From an uncultured Pseudobdellovibrionaceae bacterium (lineage in GTDB: Bacteria > Bdellovibrionota > Bdellovibrionia > Bdellovibrionales > UBA1609), in NCBI GenBank assembly GCA_963803705.1, contig CAWDNU010000004.1:768001-832000 (forward strand): a DNA stretch of 64,000 nucleotides, read 5' to 3'. The notes below the pieces were generated by a model that saw only the letters and a list, made by a program, of their open reading frames with translations, was not told the origin of the DNA and did no database searches. The translations under genes and the position numbers were made by a program. Numbering within the stretch: the stretch's first letter is position 1; each line of letters starts with the position of its first letter. Positions 47,447-58,214 of the stretch are shown one piece after another.

Positions 47447-48877
47447 CTAAACATCCTTGTTCGCAGGCGTAGGTTTTAACTCAGCAGAGTTTATTTCTTC
47501 GGTAAGTTCATCAATGATTTTGGCCCAATCATTAGACTCTGTTTCCGCGCCCATATATTCTTGAAAAACCACGCCATCCTCATTTTCTACGTCTAAATTT
47601 GAATAGTCTTCGGTAACAAAATTTTCAATTTTGTCTTCAGAATTTTTATTCTCAGCTATGCTTAGATCTGCAAGATCTGACTCGTTTGGCTGTAAACTGA
47701 CTGATTCTATCTCTTTGGCATTAAAGCCTAGTGCCTCGGGGCCGTCAGCATCAACATCTTCTAAGTCTGGTATCTCAACTAAAGACTCAAGAGTTTGCGA
47801 GGATTTGTAAGCTGAATCAATTATTTTATCTAAGTTCTTAAAATCATCTTTAATGTTTATGAACAGTTTTTTATCAATATTTTCATTAGTGGCTAAATCA
47901 AGCCTTCCGGTTAGAGCTGATGAAAGTAAAGACATTTTGTTTAATGAATCTCTTACTTCATTTAGTTTTAAAACTGCACCGTATTCATCCTTTGAAAAAT
48001 CAGAAGAGAGCTCATTGTCAGCATCTATAGCTTGCGAAATATCCAAAGATGATTTTAGATTTAAAGGCGCCTTCATATAGATTTCGAAGACAAGAACTCC
48101 AAATATTAAAAACAAACCCATAAACATTACCAAATTTGGGCCAAGTATTTGGGCCAAGATTGCATCCATCTTTTTTTTATAAATAAGCTCAAGGTCCATG
48201 GACTTAATAGGTACGGTCTTAGAAATAGAGCCTTCGTCCTGGGAATTTAGCAAACTTAGGGAGTTTTGGCCTATGTACTCTTTATTGGGATGGAAAACAT
48301 ACCTTCCTTTAGCGTCGACCAAGTAGGTGTTCAAACTAGAATTTATAAGCTGTACATAGTCCAAATCCAAAGCACTTAACAGCAAGCCTTCTCCCAAGGA
48401 TTCATCTAGAATTGGAAAACCAAAAAAAACTTTTGAAATATTAGAAGACGATTTTTCAGAAAAATAAATAAATTCCTGATCCAGCACCTGACTTTTTGAC
48501 CATCTACCTAGTTTAGAAGAAAGTGTTTCAGGTATAACAGCAGCAGCCATATCTTTTGATTTCACCCACTGTGCTCGAAACTCGCCCTTGATCAATTTAA
48601 AAAAATAGATTTCGTCAAATTCCGAGTTTAAAAAAGCGTCCTGGTCAAAATCAAGGCCTCTGGTCTTCACTAAATAATAATTGTAAGACCACTGGCCCAA
48701 TTTGAATTTAAGATCCTTTGAAATCTGCAGAAGCTCAGACTCTGATCTTTCAATCGAAAGTTTTGCGATTTGTTCACCATTTTTTTTTGCAAAATCTGAA
48801 GTGAACCAAAAAAAGCTGAAACTTACCCAAGCAAAACCACAAACGATCAAAATCCACTTCAAATTTAAAACTTTCAT
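47447..48877 (-). CDS. Membrane protein with Cache-like periplasmic domain and acidic cytoplasmic tail
   Basis: Two TMs, YLVDAKGRYVFHPNKEYIG Cache-like motif, D/E-rich C-terminus. Confidence 0.7.
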   Translation of the reverse strand: MKVLNLKWILIVCGFAWVSFSFFWFTSDFAKKNGEQIAKLSIERSESELLQISKDLKFKLGQWSYNYYLVKTRGLDFDQDAFLNSEFDEIYFFKLIKGEFRAQWVKSKDMAAAVIPETLSSKLGRWSKSQVLDQEFIYFSEKSSSNISKVFFGFPILDESLGEGLLLSALDLDYVQLINSSLNTYLVDAKGRYVFHPNKEYIGQNSLSLLNSQDEGSISKTVPIKSMDLELIYKKKMDAILAQILGPNLVMFMGLFLIFGVLVFEIYMKAPLNLKSSLDISQAIDADNELSSDFSKDEYGAVLKLNEVRDSLNKMSLLSSALTGRLDLATNENIDKKLFINIKDDFKNLDKIIDSAYKSSQTLESLVEIPDLEDVDADGPEALGFNAKEIESVSLQPNESDLADLSIAENKNSEDKIENFVTEDYSNLDVENEDGVVFQEYMGAETESNDWAKIIDELTEEINSAELKPTPANKDV

Positions 48878-48925
48878 ATTTTATCCTCGATGTAGAAATT
48901 TTAACTTTATACTTGGGCTCTGACC

Positions 48926-50602
48926 ATGTTGATAATGCACGAAGTCAGCAACCTCCGGTTACTATCAAAGGCTAAATTGTATAAGATGTTCAACATCATG
49001 GATAGATCAAATCATGCGCCATATGACTTTATTGTTGTGGGCACTGGACTAGCGGGTTTAAGCTTCGCGATCAAGGCTGCTGAATTGGGCTCTGTTTTGG
49101 TTATTAGCAAAGACCAGTTGGTTCAAACAAATACCTGGCGAGCTCAGGGCGGAGTGGCGTCCGTTACCTCTAAATCAGACTCTTTTGAAAAGCACATAGA
49201 AGACACATTGGTTGCAGGTGATGGTTTGTGCTTTAAACCCGCGGTCACCCAAATAGTAGAGCAAGGGCCAATGCTAATACGTGAATTGGTAGATCAAGGT
49301 GTAGAATTTGATGCTGTTAACAACGAAGTAGACCTGGGCAAAGAGGGCGGTCACAGTCAAAGACGAATCTTACATATAGATGACTTCACTGGACAGGCCT
49401 TACATCAGAAATTAATTGAAGCAGCTTTAAAAAACCCGCAGATAGAGTTGCAAGAGCATTTACAGGTTAGTTCTTTGATTACCGAAAACCAGAACTGTAT
49501 TGGCATAGATGCTTACAATTCAAAAGAAGTTTACCAAATCTACGCTCCTTATATATTTTTGGCCACTGGGGGCGCTGGTAAGGCCTTTTTGTACACTTCA
49601 AATTGGAGTGGTGCCACAGGTGACGGAATTGCACTAGCCTACAAAGCAGGTGCAGAAGTTTCAAATATGGAATTTATTCAGTTCCACCCAACATGCCTGT
49701 TTCACCCCGAGGCCCGAAACTTTCTAATCTCTGAAGCCTTAAGGGGTGAAGGTGCCACTCTGCTAAACTCAAAGCATGAGGCTTTCATGAGTCGCTATCA
49801 TCACCTAGCGGATCTTGCCCCAAGGGATGTCGTATCTAGAGCCATTGATCAAGAGATGAAATCTTTGGGCTCAGACTGTGTCTGGCTAGATTTAACTCAC
49901 TTGAAAAATCCTGATTTAAAAATTCGATTTCCCAAGATTTATCTGCGTTGCGCGGAACTTGGAATAGACTTCTTACAAAAACCAATACCTGTGGTTCCGG
50001 CAGCACATTATATGTGTGGTGGTATTTCTGTTGATAAAAATTCAGAAACTACGGTTAAAAATCTTTTTGCACTTGGCGAATGTGCTTATACAGGTCTTCA
50101 TGGCGCTAACCGCCTTGCAAGTAATTCGTTGTTAGAATGCCTCGCGTCTGCCAACAATGCTTTTCAAAAAATAAAAAATGATAAGCTGTTAAAGAAAGGA
50201 ACTCGGTTTACGGTGATGCAAAAGTCTGACAGCATAGTGCTTTCACAAGAGGCCAGGTTTCAAATCACTGTGCTATGGGAAGAAATAAGAAGCACAATGT
50301 GGAATAGGATGGGCATCGTTAGAACAAATAAGCTTTTAAAAGGGGCACTTAGTAAAATTAATTTTTATCAGGTTGAGATTGAGCAACTCAAGGCCTCGGA
50401 GCCTTCAGTGAGTTTGCACCAGGAATACACAGAACTAGAAAACTTATGCTTAGTGGCAAAACTTATGGTCACATCTGCAATAGGTCGTAAAGAAAGCAGG
50501 GGCTGTCATTTTAATAGTAATTATCCTAAAAGAAGTCATATTATTAAGAAGAGTGTTTGCCGACTTGGACATCAAGTCGAATATGTGAAACTAAATCAGT
50601 AA
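48926..50602 (+). CDS. nadB: L-aspartate oxidase
   Basis: GTGLAG, AQGG, EGGHS, QFHPT, GLHGANRLASNSLLE and ESRGCH motifs; true start probably 48986 or 48998. Confidence 0.95.
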   Translation: MLIMHEVSNLRLLSKAKLYKMFNIMDRSNHAPYDFIVVGTGLAGLSFAIKAAELGSVLVISKDQLVQTNTWRAQGGVASVTSKSDSFEKHIEDTLVAGDGLCFKPAVTQIVEQGPMLIRELVDQGVEFDAVNNEVDLGKEGGHSQRRILHIDDFTGQALHQKLIEAALKNPQIELQEHLQVSSLITENQNCIGIDAYNSKEVYQIYAPYIFLATGGAGKAFLYTSNWSGATGDGIALAYKAGAEVSNMEFIQFHPTCLFHPEARNFLISEALRGEGATLLNSKHEAFMSRYHHLADLAPRDVVSRAIDQEMKSLGSDCVWLDLTHLKNPDLKIRFPKIYLRCAELGIDFLQKPIPVVPAAHYMCGGISVDKNSETTVKNLFALGECAYTGLHGANRLASNSLLECLASANNAFQKIKNDKLLKKGTRFTVMQKSDSIVLSQEARFQITVLWEEIRSTMWNRMGIVRTNKLLKGALSKINFYQVEIEQLKASEPSVSLHQEYTELENLCLVAKLMVTSAIGRKESRGCHFNSNYPKRSHIIKKSVCRLGHQVEYVKLNQ

Positions 50603-50610
50603 AGGTATAA

Positions 50611-51438
50611 ATGAGAAATACAGAGTCTTACATAGAGTTCAAGAAGTACGATATTTTTATGCAAAGCTGGTTACCTACTGAGCCGACTAAGCATCATATC
50701 ATCATAGTACATGGCCTAGGAGAACACTCCTCATGTTACTCACACATGGCCAAGTATCTAACGGAAAACAAGATCAGCTGTCATGGATTTGATTTTTTTG
50801 GTCATGGTCAAAGCTCTGGCCAAAGAGGATACATTCCAAGATTTGAACTGTTCGTTGATGAGCTTAATTTTGTGCATCAAACTCTTATTGAAAAATATAA
50901 TTCAGCTCAATTTAGCATATTTAGCCATTCCATGGGCGGGCTGGTGACTTTAAAGTCATTGCTTACGCATTCATTTAATGAAAACACAGCTTTAATTTTT
51001 TCTAATCCATTAGTGAATATAAACGTAGAAATTCCACAGTGGAAACTAGCTATGGCTCAGAATTTAGCCCAAGTCTTACCTAGATTGACTTTGGGAAACG
51101 AGATAAATGATAAAGACCTTACTAAAGATCAAGAGGTTCTAGAAAGATATAAGACTGATCCTTTAAGACATAAAAAAATATCTTCTAAACTATTTGTCGA
51201 ACTTCAAGAAAACACAACACTAGTTCCCAGCCAAATTAAAGGGATCAAAAACAGATCTTTGTTTCTTATTTCACCCAATGATAAAGTGTGTGATGCTGGC
51301 GCTTCGCAAACGTTAAGTAGAAATTTTAAGGATGCAAGACTGGAACTGTTTCCCCAGTCAGGTCATGAAATTGTTAATGACTTAAGTAAATCTAAAGCTT
51401 TTGATGATATAATCGACTTTCTAAAAGGAACTTATTAA
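50611..51438 (+). CDS. Lysophospholipase/monoglyceride lipase (alpha/beta hydrolase)
   Basis: VHGLGEHS, GHGQSSGQRG, SHSMGG and GHE motifs. Confidence 0.9.
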   Translation: MRNTESYIEFKKYDIFMQSWLPTEPTKHHIIIVHGLGEHSSCYSHMAKYLTENKISCHGFDFFGHGQSSGQRGYIPRFELFVDELNFVHQTLIEKYNSAQFSIFSHSMGGLVTLKSLLTHSFNENTALIFSNPLVNINVEIPQWKLAMAQNLAQVLPRLTLGNEINDKDLTKDQEVLERYKTDPLRHKKISSKLFVELQENTTLVPSQIKGIKNRSLFLISPNDKVCDAGASQTLSRNFKDARLELFPQSGHEIVNDLSKSKAFDDIIDFLKGTY

Positions 51439-52100
51439 TGGTTAGAAATTTAAACTCCAGTCTTCAAAACAATAGTTTTTTTGGTTTATTATTTAGCCGA
51501 TTATTTATCCTGGCGCTAGGCACATCAACCGCAGTTGCGCTTTTGTCTTGCGCCTCGAACCAACCACTCAACACCCAGTTAGACCCCTCTTGGCATTATC
51601 CAAATATGTCGGATTACCGAAAAGCAATTAAAAAAAATACTCATCAGCAAAAGAAGTATGATGGATTTTACAATAAATTTGATATTAGCATTACAAAATT
51701 AAACCAAGATATTCGCATCAAACAGCTTAAAATAAAAGCCAATTATAGTCAGTGGGCTACAGATAAAGCCAATATTGAAAGAGAAAACTTAATTAAATCT
51801 ATGTCCAGTGAAACAGCATTTTTCGTTAGCTCATTCACTCCTAAAAGAGAGATGAACAATTTAACTATGAAGGATGTGGGGTGGACAGCTACATTAGAAG
51901 TCGACGGTCAACTTTACCCCGGCACATTTAAAGCATATGGCAAGCAAAGCTATAAAACCGAAAGTCTTTATGATCATCACACAATCTGGCACCGGGCATT
52001 TATATTAAAATTCCCTGTCTCTACCCTAGAGTCAGAATTAAAAGCTCAGGTCATAACCTTAACCAGCCCTTTTGGTTACGCTCTATTTCCATATAAATAA
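51438..52100 (+). CDS. Hypothetical lipoprotein
   Basis: Hydrophobic stretch ending in lipobox LLSC; start overlaps the upstream stop. Confidence 0.75.
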   Translation: MVRNLNSSLQNNSFFGLLFSRLFILALGTSTAVALLSCASNQPLNTQLDPSWHYPNMSDYRKAIKKNTHQQKKYDGFYNKFDISITKLNQDIRIKQLKIKANYSQWATDKANIERENLIKSMSSETAFFVSSFTPKREMNNLTMKDVGWTATLEVDGQLYPGTFKAYGKQSYKTESLYDHHTIWHRAFILKFPVSTLESELKAQVITLTSPFGYALFPYK

Positions 52101-52240
52101 TTTTACTATTAGAATTAGGTCTATCAAAATATATAATTCAAGTTAGCGATACCTATATTTCATATTAAATTAAAAATCGATCAAGGTTTTAAATTTTGAC
52201 AATTCAAACTGTACCTTCTAACGCCAAGGGCATTTGCACC

Positions 52241-55200
52241 TTACACTGCATTTGAATGCCCACTAACAGTGATTAATTTTCCGTCAGCTAAATAAAGTAT
52301 ATGAGTTTGTATCTTTACATCTGGATATTTTTTCTCCAAAACCTGTTTATAAATACCTAACTGTATGGCCGCTTTATTTTGGTAAACGCTACGACCAGTT
52401 TTATAATCCAATACATGTAGTATGCCCTCAGCGTCGAAACCCCAAAGATCTATCTGCCCAGAAATTAAAACTCCTTTAGTTATTGATGAGTTAAACCCCC
52501 ACTCCACGTTGCAATTTCTAAATAACTCTTTGAAGTTAGGTTGATCCAACTTCATCAATGATCCAACAACTTTTGAAAGCCCGCTTAACTCACCAAAATA
52601 GGTTTTATTAAACTTAAGCATAAGATCTTTTTCAGAAACACCCTTACCATAGAGCTCTAGGTATTTATGAAATAAATCACCAATCATCTTCTTTTCAAAT
52701 CCACGCAAACTATTCTTGATTTTAAAACCTTCAAAAGCTACTTCATTTAGAACTCGATATTTCGAATAACTAGTTTCTTTCATTCTTTGGCTCACCAGCC
52801 TAGTGACACTTATATTGTCCAGCTTGTTGCTTTTGCTGCCCATTTCACTTTTTTCAATCTTATTGTAAAAAACGGCATCAAACGGCTTAGCAAAAAGTAG
52901 AAGTTCATTTTGATAGCTTTTGAAATCCCAATTTCTTGCACCATAATTCTCTTCGTTTTTTTCACTTGCATAGTCCATGAGGTCAACCCAATCAAACGCT
53001 GATTTCTGATCAAGCTTCAGATTTTTAAAAATCGAGTTGTCACCCAACCTTGTTTGTCCATACAAATGTAAATTTTTTCTAGCACGTGTTGCCGCCACAT
53101 ATATTTGCCTTAGCGTTTCTTGGCGTTCGCTATCAACTCTAAAAGTTTTTGTTTTGACAAGCAATGGTCCAGATATTTTTTCATTTTTGTTCACGTCGGT
53201 AAATGGTGTCACAAATTGGCCGCTCTCTTCTACTTCGACGGCCTCCGTGTATGTTAAGTTACCCTTCCTATGACATCCAACGACAATAACTTCGTCAAAC
53301 TCAAGACCTTTGGAACCATGAATTGTCATTAGTTTTACGCCAGAGGTTGAAGATGAAAATACTGCCTCAGAATTTGTAGACTTTATATTCTTTGAAAGGA
53401 TAGACTTAAGAGAATCGACTAAAGTTAAGCTATCTGAACTTTCACTAACGATTTCAGCGAAAAGTTTATGTATATTTGAATGCTTACGGTTTAAATCCAT
53501 TTCGCTTTTTGCCAAGTTCAAAATGTTAGATTGTAAAAGATAGTGTTCGAAAGCAGCTACAATCCCACGCTCCTTATAAATGCCAATATAATCCCTTAGA
53601 TCCGTCATCCAATCCAAATTCTGACATGTTTCAGAATTAGTAAAAACCCAAAGTGACCAACTTTTTGCTGCCTTATAATCACGAAAGAGAGTTGCAATTT
53701 CATCGTCAGTTACTTTAAAGGCATTAGATTTTAAAACTGCGTGAAAGTTCAGATCGTTATCTGGATTTTCTAAGAAAGACAAAAATATAAGGCATTGTCT
53801 GATCTCCATCCGATTCTCTAAATTTCCAGAAATTAATAATACAGATGGGATTTTCGCTTTTTGAAGTTCAGTTTCAAATTGATATAATAAAGATTTTGTT
53901 CTAGCAAGAATACAGATCTCGTTTAAGCGAACCCCACTTTTAATTCTATTTTCGATCAATTGAATAACTTGTTGTTTTTCTAAATCATCAGATAAATTGT
54001 GATTTATAAAGATTCGATTACTAGTTTTCTCATTCACCTTAGATGCACCGGAATCTTCTTTTGAAGCGTGCATCGGATTAAAGTTTTTAGAATCAATATG
54101 TTCAAATAACTCGTTGATTCCCATCAGTAAGTTTTTTTCAGATCTGTAATTTGTTCGCAAATAGTCCACTGAAATGTTGTGGCTCTTTTCAGCTAATTTA
54201 AACTCCTCTTGGTAGATAGACGATTTTGCTCCCCTAAATAGGTAAATACTTTGCTGAGGGTCGCCGACCTTAAAGAAAGAAGTCTCTTCCAACAGAATAT
54301 CAAATATTTCTTTTTGAACAGTGTTGGTGTCCTGGTATTCATCTATGTAATAATAATCCCATTGCTTAATAAAGTCTTGGCAGGAGTCCCTATGGTTTTT
54401 TAAAAGCTCCAAGGTTAAAGGCTCTATATCTGCCAACTCTATGAGTGAAGATTTTTTTTTGTAATCCAATAATTTTTTTCTAAATGACTTTTCGATGTTA
54501 AGAATATCGGACGAATAGTTAGACAGAGTCTCAAAACTAGATCTGTCATAAACCTTCAAATAGTTTTTTTCTAGATCACTCTTCAAAGAATTTCGAAACT
54601 GCCATATTGTTTCCCAGATGTTCTGAGCTTCGAAATCTTTTAGTTTGAATCTGGGTTTTGTGAACGGGTATTCTTGAAAAAAATTAAATACAGGTAGATA
54701 GTCATTAGCGTTCACAGAGTCTAATAGAGATTTCTTTAAAGATTTTAAATATTCAAACGCAAGGTCAGCTTTTTTTATGCCTGCTAGATTTTCTAGGGTA
54801 ATTTTTTCAAGATTTACATTTAGTTTACTATAAGAATCCGTGATCAATTCTAGCAGGATTTTATTTTGACACTCAACAGTTACTGGCTTTAACTCTATCT
54901 CCTTTCTCTTGCCAATAAAGGCAACGATACCAGCTAAAGAATTAAACCCATAAACCGACAAAATCGCTTTATGATTTGTACGTATAACATCATACAAAAT
55001 TCTTTTCTGTTGAAATTGCAGACTCTCAGAGTTTACAACCTTTAAGTCTTGGGTAAAGCCAAGGTGATTGAATTTGCTTCTCAAAAGCTGTAAACACAAA
55101 CTGTGAATCGTGCCAACATTTAGGTGGTTGGAATAAGCAAAGTCAAATATTTCAGGATCATTGAAAGACTGATATAATACTGACACACGATCCTGGATTT

Positions 55201-55381
55201 CACTAGCAGCCTTTTTAGTAAAGGTTGTACCAACAATCCTTGGCCATTTTCCATACGTTTTTTTGTGAGCTAAGAAGTTTTCGACGATATGATTCACCAA
55301 GCGAGTGGTTTTTCCCGCTCCGGCTCCCGCCATTACCATAAAACTGCTATCGCTTAACAACTCAAAGTTTTTTTTGTCCAT
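52241..55381 (-). CDS. addA: AddA-like UvrD helicase with C-terminal PD-(D/E)XK nuclease
   Basis: AGAGAGKT, TFTKKAA, IDEYQDT, GDPQQSIY, TIHGSKGLEF, YVAATRA and GQID...LDYKTG motifs. Confidence 0.9.
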   Translation of the reverse strand: MDKKNFELLSDSSFMVMAGAGAGKTTRLVNHIVENFLAHKKTYGKWPRIVGTTFTKKAASEIQDRVSVLYQSFNDPEIFDFAYSNHLNVGTIHSLCLQLLRSKFNHLGFTQDLKVVNSESLQFQQKRILYDVIRTNHKAILSVYGFNSLAGIVAFIGKRKEIELKPVTVECQNKILLELITDSYSKLNVNLEKITLENLAGIKKADLAFEYLKSLKKSLLDSVNANDYLPVFNFFQEYPFTKPRFKLKDFEAQNIWETIWQFRNSLKSDLEKNYLKVYDRSSFETLSNYSSDILNIEKSFRKKLLDYKKKSSLIELADIEPLTLELLKNHRDSCQDFIKQWDYYYIDEYQDTNTVQKEIFDILLEETSFFKVGDPQQSIYLFRGAKSSIYQEEFKLAEKSHNISVDYLRTNYRSEKNLLMGINELFEHIDSKNFNPMHASKEDSGASKVNEKTSNRIFINHNLSDDLEKQQVIQLIENRIKSGVRLNEICILARTKSLLYQFETELQKAKIPSVLLISGNLENRMEIRQCLIFLSFLENPDNDLNFHAVLKSNAFKVTDDEIATLFRDYKAAKSWSLWVFTNSETCQNLDWMTDLRDYIGIYKERGIVAAFEHYLLQSNILNLAKSEMDLNRKHSNIHKLFAEIVSESSDSLTLVDSLKSILSKNIKSTNSEAVFSSSTSGVKLMTIHGSKGLEFDEVIVVGCHRKGNLTYTEAVEVEESGQFVTPFTDVNKNEKISGPLLVKTKTFRVDSERQETLRQIYVAATRARKNLHLYGQTRLGDNSIFKNLKLDQKSAFDWVDLMDYASEKNEENYGARNWDFKSYQNELLLFAKPFDAVFYNKIEKSEMGSKSNKLDNISVTRLVSQRMKETSYSKYRVLNEVAFEGFKIKNSLRGFEKKMIGDLFHKYLELYGKGVSEKDLMLKFNKTYFGELSGLSKVVGSLMKLDQPNFKELFRNCNVEWGFNSSITKGVLISGQIDLWGFDAEGILHVLDYKTGRSVYQNKAAIQLGIYKQVLEKKYPDVKIQTHILYLADGKLITVSGHSNAV

Positions 55382-55387
55382 AAAACC

Positions 55388-58111
55388 TCAGTAAAGATGG
55401 CTAGCGTGACAGGTATCTTTCCAATCACATTTAGTACAATACTCCTGCTCAATAGGCGCTGGAGAAAAATTAGCGTCACCAATCAACTGAACAGACGCTT
55501 TAAGTAGCTCTCTGAATCTATTTAGCTCTTTTTTCAAAGCCTCTGGGTCCGGCTGTGAGTTAGATTTATTTAAAAACATACCTAAATTAAATTTAGAATC
55601 CTTATACTTGATCGACAGCCCATTTTTGAACTTAAAGCTTTGATTAATAGCGATGTAGGACAGCTGACTTAATTCGCCCTGTAAGGGCAAAACCCCATCA
55701 ATAAACATAAGGCCATAGATTGGCATCTGAACAAGGTAGTTTTTCTTCCAATCGTTCAAAGATTTTCCATCAGAAAGCTTATAGTCTAGAATGTATATTT
55801 TTTCGTCAATGACGTCTATACGGTCGATCTTTCCAATAAATTTTATATCATTTTCTGACATGCGCTTTTTACTGAAAATGCCATTTTTTTCGTTGAAATA
55901 ACAAGAACTGTCTAACTCTCTAAATCTAGTTACTCTTTGTTGCTCATTCTTAAGCTTTATATCAAATAGAATATAATCGGCTACTTTAGAAGAACTTGCT
56001 CTCATTTGTTCCTCAATAATATCTGTATCAGCCCAGTGAGAATAAGTTTTAGAAAGATCTAATTTTATAAACTGAGTAATTTTATTTTCATTGATGCTAC
56101 TGTCATCTACGAATTTTTCTAAGACATTATGAAACACTTTGCCCCTAATCATACCGCTTGGCTCTAGGTCTAAATCCTCTAAGTGCTTTACTCCTAACAC
56201 GTATTCGCAGTAATAAGTGTAGGGACAATTAATGTATTTTTGAACTGAAGAAGCGGATTGGTAATCACGAGTAAAATTTTTATAACTTTGTTTACTAATA
56301 TTGATGTCCGATACATTAAGCTTACCAGCAGTTTCAAACTTTAAAATTTTTCTATCTCTGTGATCGACTACTGTACAATGCTTATCTTGATATAATTGAT
56401 TTAAAAACTTAGCATCATTTTCTTTGTCAGACTGTATAGAATATAGCGAAGATATAAAATGTATCTCAGGTCTGCTTTCGAACTTGGTCAAATTGATAAA
56501 GTCGTCGTAAAACTGTTCTGAAAATTCTTTGCTTTCAAAGTTAAAACCAAGGTCAGACTTTAGCTTATCTATCTCTAGATTTGACAGGTAAGCGTAATTT
56601 GAACTCTCATAGTTTTGCTGGCTACAACCCAATATAAAATATTTGTAATCGCTGCGAAACTCCACATCTTCAAAAAATTGTATTGGTAGCTTTGTTCTGG
56701 TTAATTCGAGTTCAGTTTTATTTTGAATTAGTGCCTGTAAATACAAAAACCAATTTTCAATGGATAGCTCTATAAAAACTGGTATTTTAGAAATTAAACT
56801 GCTGGTCCAGTCAAACACCATACTCTTTAGGTTTTCGGTATTTGGCTTTTCTATTTTGGAATCAGTGAAAGATTTCTCTACCTTAATCAAAAACTGATGG
56901 TAGTTGATTTTGTTACCTAAGCTTATATCTTCAGTTTGAAAATAACTGTTTAACCCAGTCAACCCTTCTTCGGTATGACTATCTAATTTTTCATTTATCA
57001 ATAGATCATGTTTAATTTGACTAGGATCAAAAACCAATGATGTATGCTTCATAAATTCATCGTTACTTTTGAAGCGGTTTTTAAATCCTTCTAAAACATT
57101 TTGCACGTCCGTAGACTCAGATTCATTCTTTTTTATTCTGAAAGTCTTTAAGACATCTTCTGTAAAGACACGAAGGGTATGAAAATTAATTTTATCTGTG
57201 CCTTCTTCTTTATCGCTTTCAAGATCAAAATAAAAGCTTAGGAAAAGCTCTAGACATTTGACGTATTCGACTTTTTTTCTAGGTATAACAATTTTGATTT
57301 TTTCAAAATTCGTGCTCTCTTTGAAAATCAACTCGCCCAAAAGCTCAATTTCATCTAACGCGGTTGTGACCTTGTGCCAATGGAAATGGTCAGTGCTTCC
57401 GGTATCATTTCTTGTATTTGCAAAATTGGCATCAATCGACGGATCCGAGTTAATGTTAGAATCAATACTAATATTATTTCTCAGCAAGTTCACGTTCCAG
57501 TGATGACCCATCTCTTCAAAAAAATCTAACTCAATTTTCTTAAGGGAATTCGGTTTATATATCACAATATCAATATCCTGCTGGGATAGCTTTTCTACAT
57601 TCTTATAGAGCCAACCCAGTGACCATTGGTTGATCATGTAGGGCGACGATAGAACCATGTCCCAGACTTTAGTCATCATAGGATACATTTCTGTGTAAAT
57701 ATTTTTGAAAATTTCGTCTTCGGCCAAGTACTCTTCGAAAATAGATCTATACTTTTGTTGTGCTAAAATAGGAGCATAAACACTAATATATTCCACTGAT
57801 TTTTCAATCATGTATAAATCCGAATTTGGTAGACCCAGTCGATCAAATTCTTGCCTTAGAAAATTTTGAAAAAGTTTTTTATCTAAAAATTCTATTTCAG
57901 GCTGCAAGTTTTGAACTAAAGTCGTAAAGAATTCACTTAATCTCAAGACTAATGTGTCAGGCACAGTTCCTAACTTCAAAGCTAAACTATCTACCAATCT
58001 CTTCTTGGAATCCAAATTCGGCGCGATTATTACTAATTTATCCGTATTAAATTGAGATATAAAATCTAAATCATCTTCAGAAGAGATAAAAAGAGTTTCA
58101 TTAAGAGACAT
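55388..58111 (-). CDS. addB: AddB-like PD-(D/E)XK nuclease subunit
   Basis: SASSVQKYINCPY, GKIDRID, LDYK and C-terminal CTKCDWKDTC Fe-S staple; directly upstream of addA. Confidence 0.88.
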   Translation of the reverse strand: MSLNETLFISSEDDLDFISQFNTDKLVIIAPNLDSKKRLVDSLALKLGTVPDTLVLRLSEFFTTLVQNLQPEIEFLDKKLFQNFLRQEFDRLGLPNSDLYMIEKSVEYISVYAPILAQQKYRSIFEEYLAEDEIFKNIYTEMYPMMTKVWDMVLSSPYMINQWSLGWLYKNVEKLSQQDIDIVIYKPNSLKKIELDFFEEMGHHWNVNLLRNNISIDSNINSDPSIDANFANTRNDTGSTDHFHWHKVTTALDEIELLGELIFKESTNFEKIKIVIPRKKVEYVKCLELFLSFYFDLESDKEEGTDKINFHTLRVFTEDVLKTFRIKKNESESTDVQNVLEGFKNRFKSNDEFMKHTSLVFDPSQIKHDLLINEKLDSHTEEGLTGLNSYFQTEDISLGNKINYHQFLIKVEKSFTDSKIEKPNTENLKSMVFDWTSSLISKIPVFIELSIENWFLYLQALIQNKTELELTRTKLPIQFFEDVEFRSDYKYFILGCSQQNYESSNYAYLSNLEIDKLKSDLGFNFESKEFSEQFYDDFINLTKFESRPEIHFISSLYSIQSDKENDAKFLNQLYQDKHCTVVDHRDRKILKFETAGKLNVSDINISKQSYKNFTRDYQSASSVQKYINCPYTYYCEYVLGVKHLEDLDLEPSGMIRGKVFHNVLEKFVDDSSINENKITQFIKLDLSKTYSHWADTDIIEEQMRASSSKVADYILFDIKLKNEQQRVTRFRELDSSCYFNEKNGIFSKKRMSENDIKFIGKIDRIDVIDEKIYILDYKLSDGKSLNDWKKNYLVQMPIYGLMFIDGVLPLQGELSQLSYIAINQSFKFKNGLSIKYKDSKFNLGMFLNKSNSQPDPEALKKELNRFRELLKASVQLIGDANFSPAPIEQEYCTKCDWKDTCHASHLY

Positions 58112-58214
58112 TCTTTACCTTAGAACGACTTTCTGTCTTTTCAAACACTTAACATATGTTTCAATACAATAATTTCGTTTTTTTAAAATAACACTGTTAA
58201 GACATACAGAACTT

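Noticed and set aside
52241..58111. Helicase-nuclease pair as an anti-phage defence system
   Set aside because: Motifs, Fe-S staple and gene order match housekeeping AddAB.
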